DNA from: Octopus sinensis
Taxonomy: Eukaryota
Reading direction: 5' to 3'
Length of the DNA: 64,000 nucleotides
Assembly: GCF_006345805.1 (NCBI RefSeq)
Contig: NC_043015.1
Span: forward strand, 15,004,001 to 15,068,000
The position numbers and the translations under genes are program-made. This document shows positions 14,901 to 29,330 of this stretch, piece by piece. Position 1 is the first letter of the stretch. Each line of letters starts with the position of its first letter. The notes beneath the pieces were generated by a model. The model was not told the DNA's origin. It saw nothing but the letters and a program-made list of their open reading frames with translations, and ran no database searches.

Positions 14901-17900
14901 GCAAAATTCTAATGATATTCTGCTGTTTTACATCTTTTTGATGCTCAGTTTGGACAAAAACAACATAAACAAGAAAAAAAACAAAAAAAAATACATTCTT
15001 GACTATTTAGATATTCATAGTGTTTTCTCTTTAGAATTTCTAGCTGGGACCATTGAAAACTGAAGCCACATGATGTTGTGGCTGGATCTTTCAAGTTATA
15101 ACTTATGATGTGGCATCCATTCTTCTCTGTTCTTATATGTATATTGTAAATAGAAATCCTGTTATTTAATCATCTCTATTTCTGTCAAGTGTCTTAACTT
15201 TCCATTAATTTTTGTAGTGACTTATTTCAAAGTGGAAATCGTATTGAGTAAGGTTTGGCTTAGTTTAATCGACTGTAGCTTGTTGTTGCAGTTGTTCTCC
15301 TGCCTTGTATTAAGCACACAATTCCTGCGCAATACAATTCCTACCTGGGTTCTATGACTGCCTAAATCTCTATCTAAACCTGCTTTATTTTGTATTTATA
15401 TTTTTAATCCTCAATGTCAATGATCTGATAGCATTTACAAAGGCTCAATCAGTTCAGTTGGGTGAACAAACTTTTCCTACTCTCCAGTGTAGGATTGCTG
15501 TCATTACAGAAATGGTTTTAGAAACTACTACTCAATGCTAAGCTCTGTTTGATCTTTAAATTTTTACAACTACCTCAGCAAAGCAAATATGTCATCTGAT
15601 TTCCATAGATTCCTATAAAATTTATTTTTGTTTAATTTTTTTTTAATAAGCTCTTAATTAGCATCTATCTTTGTTTAGTTTCCTACCTTGGTGTAGGCAT
15701 CAAAGAAAAAGTATTTAGAAATATGTCACCTATGAGTTGACTTATGTTTCTCTTAAGAATTTGATTTCCATTGTATATTATCATAGTTATGTCAACCAGC
15801 CATCTTAAAGAATTGCTGGCAGACCAAAAAAAAATCAAAAAAAAAACCTCATGGTTCATCCTTTATAGACAAAAGTATCAAATGTATATTGGTTTTAGTG
15901 CTCTCCATTTTCCTTTTGTTCTACCATCTCATTATACATATATATGGTTACTACTTCCCCAATGCTTGCTGCAAATGAGGCTAACATTTTGTTCAGATCC
16001 TCACTGATTAAAACTTCATACAATTAAGAAATTTTTTTAATTGTCTCCATCCATTCATGCCATTGACAACTCATTGGTAATCTATTTGTTTACTTGAAAT
16101 ACTTCAAATAGATTTTTTAGCATTTTAAAAATCATTTGCCAAATCACCATTTTGTATCAAAATAGCCATGTTTATTTGCTTTTAAAGAAAGAATACTTGA
16201 AAAAAAAATTGTGTCAAATTCTTCACAACTTTCTTTCAAATCCTCAAATTTAGAACCTTCAATAAAATCTCTATTACTTTGTTGATACATCTCTAGTTTT
16301 TATTTTTAAGTTTGTATGCAATCAATAAATCTTTATTAGATAGATTTGTTTTTAATATAATTTGATAATTATTCAAAAGGATGTTACAAGTTTTCTTTTG
16401 GAGATCTCCATTAGATCCCTTCTAGTTGTTTTTACCCAAATCATTGTTTTTTTTTTTAATTTTAAAACTGATCTTGTTATCTTTTCATGTTCCATTTATT
16501 CCTTTTTTGCTAAAAAAAAGTGATGAAGTTTATTGATTTGTTTAAATCCATGTTACTCATTACTTGTTGATTCATTATTATAACAACAACAACAACAACA
16601 ATAATAATTCATATCTGTGCTGGATAAAGCTAATTTCTAGAGGCTTTTTATTTTGTGTGTCCAGGTTTCATGAAAGTAATAAATGTATGAAAACTATTTC
16701 ACTTTTTTCATTGCATTCATAAATCGTTTTATGAAAGCAATGAATGAATATTATTTTTAGTTATTACTAAACTATCATATCCAAATTTTTCAACATCTGC
16801 ATTCAAATAACATTAGTTTTACTTCATCAGTCTCTCAGTTTTCTAATTCCATGTGCATAAATTAACTGTTTATATTTTTACAACTTGTGGATGTTCTATA
16901 CTTCTAAAACATATCCCTTTGAGTTGCGGTAGGTATTAAGAAAGCTGAGACGATGTAATATTAAAAAAGTCTCCAAAAACATTTTTTTACAATTTTTCAC
17001 ATTCTGATCAACTATTCTAGGAAATGCTTCAAAAGTAAACAATTGTCAATGTTTGAAAATTTCACTGCTTTACAGGTTTGTAAATTATTCAAGAAATTTT
17101 TTTGTAATTCCCTTACATTACTATTGCTTGGATTTGATATAACCTGTGGCTGTGAGCTGAAATGAAACAAATTTATACATAGGTTAAGAAAAGTAACTGG
17201 ATCAATTAGGGTTATACAACCCTGTGTTTTTCAAACATACATATATGGACTGATTTTTAAAGAGGGAATGGAATGTGCAATAATATCTGCCTAGAAACTG
17301 TTTTAATTCTTGCCAGTTCCAGTACAAATTTGTATCCTTTACTGCTTTACCATAGAATTATCTTTTAATAAATTGATCTGATCAGTGTTTTTCAATTTAC
17401 TCTCTTTAGTAAGGTTGTTTATTCTACAACACTACAAAGAGGTATTGAATTACATTTAACTTTCAGATTCTACCTTCATGCTACTGTTTACTTTTACATT
17501 TGCAAGTTCATGTTACCCTTGGTAATTTGAAAGAAAAGTCAATATACAACACATACACATTGTCGCATGAATAAGAAATTGTGAGATTTTTTATCCTTCT
17601 TTATGTAGGGTGCATGTTATAGCTGGTTACAAAGACCATATTTGATGTTAGAGGTAAAGGAATATAATGTTATCTAGTACAAATACAAAATGAAATGAAA
17701 AATTTTGCAAAAAAAAAAGCATTCTATTTGAGCTGTGTGGGTGGGCAAGTATAACATATATATATATATGTATATATATATGGGCAAGCATGGCTGTGTA
17801 CTTAAGAAGTTCACTTTTGCAATCATGTGGTTTTTTATGTTTAGACCCATTGAACAGCACCCTTGGCATGTGTCTTCTTCTATACCATGGCTGACCAATG

Positions 17901-18229
17901 CCTTGTGAGTGAATCCCGTAGACAGAAACTACAAGAAGCCCCCTGTGTGTGTGTGTGTGTGTGCGTGCATGCGTGCGTGCAAATATGCATGTATGTTGAT
18001 TTTTCACTTATCACCATTTGAGTGACATGGTGGTGGTGTCTGCATTCCTTAAACTAACTGCTCTGTGCTTGCTAATATTTGTGGAATAAAAAAAAAATCC
18101 CCTAGTTGGAAAACTGTGAAGATTGGTGACAGGAAGAGCATCTGGCCATAAAAACCTTGCCTCAAAATCAATTCCTGTCCAAACCATGCTAGCATGTAAA
18201 GAAAATAATGTTAAATGAATGAACAGACT

Positions 18230-18284
18230 ATATATGTATGTATATATATGTATGTATGTATATATATATATGCATGTATATGTG

Positions 18285-18345
<61 letters not shown>

Positions 18346-18540
18346 ACACACATACATTATATATATATATATACACATACATTATATATATACATACATA
18401 TATATATACACATACATTATATATATACATACATATATATATATACACACACATATATACACATATATATATACACACACACATATATACATACACACAC
18501 GCACACACACACACACACACACACATATGAGAGAGAATGA
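18230..18540. repeat. Compound (TA)n/(TG)n/(CA)n microsatellite
   Basis: Direct inspection. Similar arrays at 30090-30250, 32190-32570, 33700-33990 and 53935-54015. Confidence 0.95.
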
Positions 18541-20149
18541 GAAGAGTATGATAGTCTGAAACTGCAATAAGGCCAGATGTGTTTTCCTCCCTCCTTGAAA
18601 AATGTTATTTTCACCCAAAATATTGGATTATTAAATGTTTTAAAGTCAAAATTTTATCTTTGTTCTTTATATTTAATAATTTCCCCAACTGTATTGTTGT
18701 AGCCTTTCTAAATCACTGTTTTTATTTATCATCCTTATCATCATCTTTTAATGATTTTTTTTTTCATACTTTCATGGGTCAGATGGAATTTGATGAATCA
18801 AATTTTCACCAGCTAGATGTTCTTCCTGTCACCACTGTCCACCTGTTTCCAAGCCAGCTAACAGTTCCCTTCATCTATCACACAATAACAGAACAGCAGT
18901 CAAACTCTTTATGGGAGATTGGAAAGGAATAACACCATTTGTATGACAGTGAAATTTAGCTCATGACATCGAAACAAGGAGACACTGACACACTCTCATA
19001 AATACATTTGTTTCAGTTTTTATCTTCCAAATCCACTCCCAGGGCTTTGGCTTGCCTGAGATTACAGTAAACACTTGTCTAAGGTGCTATGCAATGGGAC
19101 GGAACCCAAAACCATGTGATTGTAAAATGAGCTTCTTAATCATACAGTTATACCTGTGCCTCACTGCCATATCTGTTTTTCCATACTTGCATGGATCAGT
19201 CTTCTCCAGCATAGCACCTTGACACTTGTTGAACTTTTATCATTGTATTCATGAGGTTCAGCTCCTGAAATCAGCCTATTACACATCTTTCCATGTCTTC
19301 CTCTTTCATAGGTTCCTTTTGCTTGGATCTTTTGGCTCCTCTTTACCTAAGAGGGTCTCATAGAATCATTATAATCAGGTCTGACTGTTGAGATTTTTGC
19401 TCATCTGTCAAATCTGATTGTAGTTCCATGTGCAGAGATCACTGCTTCTATCTGTGTTGTCTGTGACTAGCTTAAGTTTCATTAATCTATCACATACTCT
19501 GGCTAATTGAATTACTTTATCCATATCTAAGCCAACATTATGCCTACTTCCCCAACTTCAGTGCTCTACCTATCCAGAAGAATTTGTACCTGTACAATGA
19601 AGCAAGTATTATGCATTCCATATCTAGGAACTAAGAATTGCTTTGGTTTCTCCTTTCTTAAATTTTACACATTCAGTACTTGATGTTTTATATATTTTAC
19701 TGTGTCTCTCTTCTCCTATTTTCAATCAATTGAAATTTTTGACTGCTGTGCAACCATGATCTGCCCACTCCAACCACCACCAAATATTGAAAATCTATCA
19801 TCTTTATTCTCACCCCTGATAAGTAACAGCTTCAACTTCCCACTTTCTGAGACTGCCAATACCTGATATGTCTATCCTTCCCATTCTCTCCCATATCAGA
19901 TCTTCAAGCAGCTTACCTAACAAGGCTAATTTTCATAACAACAACAACATTAGTAATATTAACTAGCAACTACAGTAAATGGCACATATATTTGTAGTCA
20001 AGTGGTAGGGAATGAGTAACTGATAGTAAATTACATGAAAGCACAAACATAGCCATCCATGACAAACTTTCTACTCAAGCACTAAAGCTGCCAAACAAAA
20101 GCCAGCAAATTTACCACCTCAATTCCCCCCCCCCCTTCTTGTCAGTTCC

Positions 20150-22760
20150 AAAACTTCAGGGCTGTAACCATCAACATAAGCATGAGAAAAGGTAAATCTG
20201 ATGAGATTGTGGAGATGCTGGAGCAAAGTTGAGTGGACATGTGTTGTGTACAAGAGGTAAGATGGGAAGACCTTTCAGGCAGACTCCCTACAAGCAAGGA
20301 AGAACAACACAAATTTTACAGCCATTTAGAGGAAGCAGGGATGAGAAGTGGATAAAATGACTGGAGTAGTCAGGGTATGTAAAAGGATAATTAAAATAAG
20401 AGCAACTGCAGACAACAGCAACATTTCTGTGTTTGCCCCACAGTCAGGATTGCCAGATGAACAGAAGTTTCTATGAGGCCCTTTTGGAGATTGCCTCTGT
20501 GACAATCAGTTGTGACTTCATTATTGTGCTGGTGACATATTCAACACCACAATGGCTTCTGGGATATGCATAGAGGCTATGTGTATGATATGTGAAATGA
20601 AGTGGATGTGAGGTGCCCAGAGTTTTGGGATGCAGTTGATCTAATGATTTGCAACATATACTTTAAAAAAAAAAAAAACAATCTGGCAAAAGCATATGGC
20701 AGATAGACTTAATACTCATCAGAAAATGGAATAGATGGGTCAATTTTAAATACCAAAACCTTTTCAAGGCAGTGTATTATAGAAAACAAAGATGTCATTG
20801 TTGTAGATAACAAGAAAGCACTATTATAGGAGGCTGTTAAACATGGAAAATACAAGGGATAAAGAGGGGATGCCTCACAGACACAAAAGTAAAGGAAAAC
20901 TGCTGGTCCATCAGGGATTGTCACTGAGATGTTCAAAATATTTAGTGAAATATACGATACATGACAATCACTTGGATAGCTAATCAGTTAATACTGAGAG
21001 TAAACCGGTACTCCTAGGATTTGCTGGTTTAAAGAAGGTCTTTGACTGAGTGTTATACTCAGTAATTTGGTGGCCACCCAGGAAACTAGGTGTAGACGAA
21101 TGGCTTGTGAGGGCTGTACTCGTTTTGTACAAATGTATAAGTAAAATCAACTAGTACAACAATGAATGTAGTCTAAAGATAGATGGCCATGAAGAATCAG
21201 ACTTCACCCCTCTCCTACCCATCATGGTCCTACAGGTCATCACAAAGGAGTTTACGACTGGCTGCTCATATGAACTCCTATATACTGATAATCTAGTTAT
21301 TGTAGCCGAATCTTTGGAATTTAGAGAAGAATTTCCAAACATGGAAGCTGAATTTAGAAGTGAAAAACCTATTAAGGTAAACTCTGCAGATACTAACAGA
21401 GTAGGAAAAAATACAAGACCCTGATATTGCAGAAAAGGAGTAGGTGTAAATTCCTTGAGCTATCAGGTGTAAGCTATAAGCTCATAAGAGGGGTAATGAA
21501 ATCACTAGCAGGCTAACAGAGAAGGTAAGCTTTGTAAGTAGTAGATGCGCTGGAACAATATGTACTAAGAGTACATTGGAAATGAATTCCCTTAAAGTCT
21601 GGCTGGTTGATAAGATGAAATTGATACCTTCTGTTACCTAAGTGGATTACAAGAAAGTTTACTGAGAAAATACATCCATAGTATCTCACCACTAATAGTT
21701 AAAAACTATTTTATTGAAAAAAAAAACTGAACTTTCCCTGTGGTGAACTTACTGGACATGACCTAAGTGACATAATTAGGAAAAGAGGTGGTTGCTCTGA
21801 AAGTATAGTAGCCAAGGTAAGAACAGGTTGTAAAAAGTTCAGGGAACCACTGCTGGCAATAAAGGTCTTTTCCTTCAGTGAAAAGCAGATTGTGATACTT
21901 GTAGTTGAACTATGATACTACTATGTAGCATCATAGAGAAATATAGACAGGACTTGAGAAGACTAGAAGGAAATGAAACTAGTATGTTCTGGGTGTGCAT
22001 GAATGACAAAAGTGCAAATATATTTAGAGAAAGACTGGTCTTAAAAGGAATCCGATATAGTGTGCAAGAAAGAAGGTTGCACTGGTATGGACATATGTGT
22101 AGAGTGATGGATAGATTTTTTTTTTTTTTTTACTTGCTGAGTCTGGAGGAAAGGGAAGATCTCATGGGGTCTTGACTCTGCTCCTTTCTCCAGACTCAAA
22201 CTGGTGAGAACACTGTCCTTAATGTTTTGATTGAAATGCAGCAACTCAACACCTGCAGGAAAGACATTGTAGGGATGAAGGCTTAAGAATGGTGATTAGA
22301 ACAGGGAAAAGAAATGACAAAGGTTTGTACTGATTGGGAATATGCCAATCTTTCTCTTTCTTATCCTCCTCCTGGGTCACTTTAGCAAATGTACATGTCT
22401 TAGGGCACTCACTACACTAACCTTTCTCTTCCTCAAATTATCCCTTTCTGGCCTGTCAGTTGTTGTTGCTCTCTCCTATTTCTCTTCTCAGTCTACATAC
22501 CTATGGTTACTAAGTAATCTCATGTTGGTACCATGACGAGAAAACACACCCAGGATACTCTGTAGAGTGTTGGTAATGGGAAGGTCATTCAACCATAGAA
22601 AACAAACCAAATGACACATATGAGCACCAGTCATTAAGAAAAGTAGTTTCCAATAAGAAATGGAAATGACTCAAAGTGTGACAACCCATCCAACCCATGC
22701 TATGGAAAGTAGATGTTTGATAATGGTTTCAGATTTTAGCACAAGGCCAGCAAGATTGGG
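20150..22760 (+). mobile_element. Old, near full-length decayed RTE LINE (APE endonuclease plus RT)
   Basis: EIVEMLEQS*VDMCCVQEVRW (APE start), ITKEFTTGCSYELLYTDNL, VQERRLHWYGHMCRV, and an RTE-type 3' tail near 22680-22730. Many stops and frameshifts. Confidence 0.85.
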
Positions 22761-23165
22761 GCAAAGGGGTACGTCAATTACATCAATCCCAGTACTCAAC
22801 TGGTCTTATTTTGACCCAGAAAGGATGAAAAGCAAGTTGGCCTCAGCAGAATTTGAACTCAGAATATACAGATGGACGGTATGCCTCTAAGCATTTTACT
22901 TGACTTCCTAATGATTCTGTCAGTTCACCATCTTAAGCAGATGTTTAATAACGACGACAAATTTTGGCACAAGGCCAGTAATTTGGGGGCGAGGGGTTAA
23001 GTCAATTACATCAATGCCAATGCTCCACTAGTACTTATCTTATCGACCGCAAAGGATGAAAGGCAAAGTTGACCTCAGCAGAATTTGAACTCACATCATA
23101 AAGATAGATGAAATACCATTAAATATTTTGTTTGGCATGCTAATGATTCCACCAGCTTACCACCT
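22730..23165 (-). mobile_element. Two tandem copies of tRNA-derived SINE family B
   Basis: Repeated ttttggcacaaggccagcaa...gaaaggatgaaaggcaaagttgacctcagcagaatttgaactc...ctaatgattc...caccttaag. Homologues at 35690-36290, 38575-38770, 40165-40360 and 44470-44670; opposite-orientation copy at 44700-44850. Confidence 0.8.
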
Positions 23166-24219
23166 TAAGTAGATATTTAATAATAATGAGGATTTTGGTT
23201 GCAGTTCCTTTTCTTCTTACCACTTGTCCACAAAACACATGTGCCACCTTATGGTCTTGCACCTATAGATTCTTTCATTATGAAATTTTGCACCTGACAG
23301 GGAGAGAGGTGAGTTTCTAATGATGTGTCTTTTTTATGTATGTGAACAAAAGACATTTAGTGTATAGACTATATATCTGAAAGAGGGTCTTGGTGTGTGA
23401 TTATTTGATAGTGATCAACAGGTTCTCACACTTGGCCAGATCTTCCCACCTGGCCATGCAGGTTAGTACAGTACTAACATTATTGTATTAGCTTGTGTAC
23501 TCAATAGGATCTTTCACTGACTTGACTTTTATGATTTATTATTGTCATATGCCTTTCCTGTCACAAAACAATTTACAGTATGGATTCGAGGCATGTTATT
23601 GCACCATCTACACTAGAAAAATTGTCATCAGACAGGGCTAAAATGCACCCCCTCTACACAGTATCTATTTTATTCTGAATTGTTGCTCTCACTGAGCTTG
23701 TTCGGTCCATGTCTTCCTCACGTAGATTTTTTTATCCCAAGCTACTACTCTCCTTGTCAGGTTGCCTTCACTGTAGCTTGCAAGATACACAACTTCTCAC
23801 CCTCTGATGCAGATGTTTACTCAAAAGTTGCTGATGAGTCCAACCTCCAAGCCAAGACAACTTCATCACATCTTGTAATGCTGTGAAGCATGCTCACAAT
23901 CTAATGTCATACTGCTAAGGATATGAATCGTTGCAGAAAGATTTAGTAAGAGGAAGGGGGCGAGAGATATGTTTGGGGTGAAAGAGCAAAAGAAAAAAAC
24001 TTATGGGAGCAGAGCATATATACAACATCTGTAGCTGTTAGGGATGTCCTTTATAAAAATAAAAATAGCAGAAATAATTATTGAACTTGATGCACTTTCC
24101 ATGAGAAATAGGAAATGTGCCAACTTAACAAACTGCTGTTAACTGTCTAAATGAATCTTTACAGAAAAAACCAAAGAGAGTTAGAGAGAGAAACACTATA
24201 TGATCAAACAGCATATATA

Positions 24220-25370
24220 TTGGGTTGGCAAGAAAGTAATTTCGTTTTTCGCAAATAGATAGAATTACGATTTTTTTGAATGACTTTGTCAGTGTTATGA
24301 TTTTTTCCCTTTGACATCTGATAGTCATTACTTTTAGCTTATTTTAGAAGCAAATTGCACATGATTTTGTTTACAGCTGTTAGTTCAGTGTCAATTTTAA
24401 CATGGAGTGCAAAAATGAACATATTTTGCTTTTTTATTTCCTTGAAGGCAAGAAAGCTGCCAAGGCTCACAAAGTGACATGAAGTTTATGGTGTTGATTG
24501 CTTAATAGAATGTACATGTCAGAAATGGTCTTAAAAATTCCGTTCTGGAGATTTTTCACCTACTGAAGTTGATGATGACCAAATCAAAGCCATAATTGAA
24601 TCTGATCATCATATAACTGTGTGAGAGATTGCAGAGAGGTTAAATGTATCATACACAACAATTGAGAATAACTTAAAATGTTTTGGACTTGTTAAGAAGC
24701 TTGATATTTGGGTTCCACATAAATTGAAAGAGATTCACTTAACACAATGAATCGATATTTGCGCTATGCATCTCAAATGCAATGAAATTGATGATTTTTT
24801 TAAATGAATCATCACTGGTGATGAAAAATGGATTGTCTACAATAACATCAATTGAAAACGATCATGGTCCAAGCATAATGAACCAGTACAAACCACATCG
24901 AAAGCTGAAATGCATCAAAAAAAGATCATGCTGTCAATTCGGTGAGATTATTCTGTATTTTGAGCTGCTTCCAAGGAGCAAAATGATCATTTCAGATGTT
25001 TACTGTCAACAACTAATGAAACTGGAATCGTGTTCCACCATGACAACACTAGACCACACACGTCTTTACTAACCCGTGAAAAATTATTGGAGCTTGCACC
25101 ATCAGATTACCATTTATTTCAAATTTGCAAAATTCTATAAATGGTAAAACTTTCAATAACGATGATGACATGAAATATCACTTGCTTCAATTTTTGGGTG
25201 ATAAGGACCAGAATTTCTATGAGTACAGAATCATGAAGTTGCCAGAAAGCTGACAAAAGGTCACCGAACGAAATGGAAAATATATAATTGATCAAAGTTC
25301 ATTGTTTGTATGTAAAAAAATGACTTTCATTGCACACTAAAAAACCAAAATTACTTTCTTGCTGTCCTAA
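24220..25370 (+). mobile_element. mariner transposon, mellifera-subfamily-like (Ammar1/Famar1 type), decayed with internal deletions
   Basis: TA|ttgggttggcaagaaagtaatt ... aattactttcttgctgtcctaa|TA TIRs. ATG at 24402 (MECKNEH); frameshifted transposase with WVPH, ITGDEKWIVYNN, HHDNTRPHTSL and APSDY motifs. Confidence 0.92.
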
Positions 25371-25399
25371 TACATTTTCTAGCAGTTAGGAATGTCATT

Positions 25400-26877
25400 T
25401 ATAATAATAAAAGTAATAGAATATTGATATTTTATTAACACTTTTGGTCATTTTCCCACTGACTGTTGGCAACACCTATCTGCCCACATTCTGTTAAAAT
25501 AAATTGAATCTACATAGACACCAACAAAAGGTGGTCATTTTTGTGATTGGGCTACATTTCCACCATCACAAATTATTAGGCAAATATAATAAAAATGATA
25601 ATTGTGTCAGAACAAACATTTATTTAATTCAACAGTAAAGGTTTAACAAAAAAATTATTCATTAGGACTTAATGGTAAACATAATAATAAATTCAAATGA
25701 AAATAACCATAGGATTATGATGTTATACAGCTCCTAATGTTTGATGTATGATCCTCCACATACAAAATAACCTTCTTTACATGCTGATCCATTGAATTTG
25801 TCAATGGGATGATATCCTCTTGTGTCATACTTTGAGCAGCATCTATAATAGCATCCCAGAAGGCAACTTTACTTGAAAACTGCCATCCATCTTGGGACAC
25901 TCCACAGGTTCCAAATCGGGTTTAAGTCTGGGGAACAAGGTGGCTACTCCATCAAGAGAAGCCTATTTGCTGCAGGTATTCCTTAGAATTCTTCACTGCT
26001 TGAGACAGGGCATTATCTTGCATGAAGGCCAACTTTCTCATGAATGAAAGTTTTTGCTTTTTGAACCACAGTTGGAAACTGTCCTCTAAGAAGGTAACAT
26101 ATGATTTTGATACCATCTGGGACTTTTCATGGCCTGACAATCATAGCACGAATGATGCCAGCCCAAAACATGACCCCACCTCCCTCCTGTTGGCATCTCA
26201 AATGATGAGGATGGTTCCTGCTGATCGACACCCAACCTTTACACCAGCCATCTGGTCTGTCAAGGGTAGCACGGCATTCATCAGTGAGCAGAACTATTGA
26301 AAAATCTATCTTCATGTATTCTTCTGTACATTTCAGTCTCTTCTGCTTATGAACAGCCTTCAGAGGAGAACTTGTGATAGGTTTAACATTTCTGGTACAT
26401 ACTTCAAGAGGCGACACTGGGTAGTTTTCAATATGTCTTCCCTGCCACAACATTTGAAGACTTCTCTACTTATCAGACATGGGTTCCACACAACTTCCCT
26501 TTTCACACGTGACAAAGTATGAGTCAAAGCAACCCTCGACCAGACAGAAATAGGAGACTGCACAAATTTCTTCAGTTTGGTGATCTCTTCCAAGTATTTT
26601 TGATATTTCTGTTGTTTTTCCTGACACGATGGTAGACTTCTCATTTGAGACAAGATCATGTTTCTGACCCATAATGACACTTAAATTGGGCACCTGCCTA
26701 ATAATTTGGGACAGCAGAAATGTTGTTGCTACACGATAATGGCTGCCATTTCTTTTCCCCTGTACAGATCTGATTTATTTTAACAGAATGTGCACAGATA
26801 GGTGTTGCCAACTTGTTTTGAATGAATATACTTTTATTGAGAGAAGGTTTATTTGCCTAATAATGTTGGACGCAGTG
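25400..26877 (-). mobile_element. Tc1-like (DD34E-type) transposon with long IR/DR-type inverted repeats, decayed
   Basis: ATG at 26672 (MGQKHDL); motifs LLTDECRATLDRPDGW, GGGVMFWAGII, FMQDNA and CSPDLNPIWNLW. Inverted segments at 25463-25515 and 26762-26812. attattaggcaaat direct repeats at ~25570, ~26700 and ~26855. Right end cagtg|TA; outer part of the left TIR not recognisable. Confidence 0.88.
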
Positions 26878-27120
26878 TATATATACTTTATTTCTGGGTT
26901 AACAAGGCTATCGTTGGTTTCATGTGAAGAGAAATCTCAACAATTATCAAGCCTAGAACATGAGATGTTGGTGTTCATCTCCATCCAAGATGGAGATGAG
27001 CACCAACATCCCATGTGACAAGCTTGAAAACAGTTGCGATTTCTCTTGACCCCAATGAGAAAGAATATTTACCTATCAATGAGCACTCATTCTAACTGTT
27101 TGATGTTAACGTGCATATAT

Positions 27121-27493
27121 AGGCGCAGGAGTGGCTGTGTGGTAAGTAGCTTGGCACCTTGGGCAAGTGTCTTTTACTATAGCCTTGGGCTGACCAAAGC
27201 CTTGTGAGTGAATTTGGTAGATGGAAACTAAAAGAATCCCATTGTATATATGTATATATATATATGTGTGTGTATATATATATATGTATATGTTTGTGTG
27301 TCTGTGTTTGTTCCCCCAGCATCACTTGACAACCAACGCTGGTGTGTTTACATCCCCGTCACTTAGCAGTTCAGTAACAGAGAGTGATAGAATAAGTACT
27401 AGGCTTACAAAGAATAAGTTCTGGGGTCGATTTGCTCGACTAAAGGCGGTGCTCCAGCATAGCTGCAGTCAAATGACTGAAACAAATAAAAGA
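27121..27493 (+). mobile_element. SINE family A copy with a short internal deletion
   Basis: Colinear with 6588-7010. Confidence 0.9.
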
Positions 27494-27952
27494 ATATATA
27501 TATAATACATGCATATATATACATACATATATATGGAACCTGGTGTAGCTCTCTGGCCTACCAGTTCCACTCAGTCATCTAACCCATGCCAGCATGGAAA
27601 GCAGACGTTAAATGATGGTGATCATGATGATGATAAATACATACATATGTACATGCATATGTACATGTGGACAAAAGAAAGAAAATGACAACACATTTGG
27701 TTGGAGCTACATATATGTTTAATAACAGTTTGACTCAGCTCAATATGGCTAAATGGTTTACAAATGCTACACACCCACAAAGCATTATATCATTTGGAAC
27801 TGAGTCAAACTGTTATTAAATATATGTGTGTATGTAGGTAGGTAGGTAGGTAAGTGGATGGATGGATACATGCTGTGTGGTGCAATGATAGCATGTCTGA
27901 CTTGAGATCAGAAGGCTGCATGTTCAAATCACATCAGGGTTACATAATATTT

Positions 27953-28260
27953 AGGCGCAGGCATGGCTGTGTGGTTAGAAGCTTGTTTCTTAACCATATG
28001 GTTCCAGGTTCAGTCCCACTGAGTTGTATCTTGGACAAGTGGATTTGGTATACAGAAACTGAAAAATGCCTGTCATATATATACACACACATAACTATGT
28101 GGTGTGTTTGTCCCCCACCAATGCTTGATAAGTGGGGTGGGGTTGGTTTGTTTACATGTCCTTAACTTAGCAGTTTGGTAAAAAGAGATTGATAAAATAA
28201 AGTACTAGTGTGAATTTGTTTGATCAAACCCTCAGTGTGGTGCCTCAACATGGCTGCAGA
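27953..28260 (+). mobile_element. SINE family A copy, diverged
   Basis: ggcgcaggcatggctgtgtggttagaagc head and family A body. Confidence 0.8.
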
Positions 28261-29039
28261 GAGAGAGAGAGGGAGGGAGGTGGGTAATAAGAAATAAATG
28301 ATAAGGGAACAAGAAATTATGTAATGAACTCCATTAATTTCTTATTACACTCTGTTCTTCACAAATGCTTTTTTTCTGATGCATATTATCTTAATAAAGG
28401 CAGTGGATTGGCAGAATTGTGGTATTTAGTTATGGCTCTTACATTCTGAGTTCAAATATATCTTTCTAAGGTCAATAAAATAGCCTCTCTCTATCCTTGT
28501 GTCCTTCTTTCACTTCAGTCACCCCTACATACCTCTAAAATCCATCTCCATCACTGTACATCCTTGTCTCTCTCTCTCTCTCTGCCTGCTTCCACCCTGC
28601 ACATAATCTCCCTATTTTCTGGTATATCTACAGGCTTATTATACTGCTGCTCTCCATCCTGCCTTCACTGCCATTTATCACCTCCTCCTTCCTGGGTCAC
28701 TCCTATTTTTTTTCACATTCCTCACCCACAACTCCATCCATATTCCATTCACTTCTACCCCCATCTCTCTCTCTTCTCACACACTCTTATGGACTTATCC
28801 AAACGCCCTCCTAATCCTCTGATTATTTTCTCTCTTAAACTCACCTTTGTTAACCTTCAGAGTATGCTCTGACACATCACCACCATCATTGTCTTCTACC
28901 TGGCTACTTCTGCCCACCATTATGTAATGCAGGGTAGCCGTGTATCTCCTCTATAGCCAAGACCTGTGCTTATCCCTATGTCCTACTTTAGCCTCTCAAC
29001 ACTTGGCACAAAGCTACCACTCTCTCTACTACAAACCCA

Positions 29040-29330
29040 CTGAGTGTAAAGGTCTTTTTCTTTGTCTTGTAAGTTACTTGGTGACCTTACCTGGTTCCTC
29101 ATGGTGGTCACCATATAGTGAGAAATTAACAGTGCAACTTGAAGCTATCCAATACTATTATACTAACAGGTTAGACTTAATGCAGCAGATGAGACTGGAG
29201 GAATTGAAACTCTTTCCAATGGTGCAATAATATGTAAGTTAGACAAGACTATATATCTAGAATAGGACCTCTTTTGTTGTTCTCACACAAATGAAAATTA
29301 TTGATATAATTTTTTGCATGTATTCCCAGA
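29040..29330 (+). mobile_element. CR1/L2 LINE C-terminal fragment
   Basis: WSPYSEKLTVQLEAIQYYYT...RLEELKLF resembles the WSPY....LE.VQ...T...RL..L.L signature. Confidence 0.6.

Noticed and set aside
18011-18618. Long Y/I/C/V/H/T-rich ORFs here and at 30128-30496, 31894-32491 and 33338-34003
   Set aside because: Translations of TA/CA/TG microsatellites, not proteins.
23221-23293. 73-nt segment with good minus-strand splice sites and a plus-strand donor nearby
   Set aside because: The peptide (AKFHNERIYRCKTIRWHMCFVDK) is unrecognisable and has no phase-compatible partner.
23832-23865. CTGATGAGTCC, a hammerhead-like start
   Set aside because: No downstream GAAA core (only agacaac) and no closing stems.
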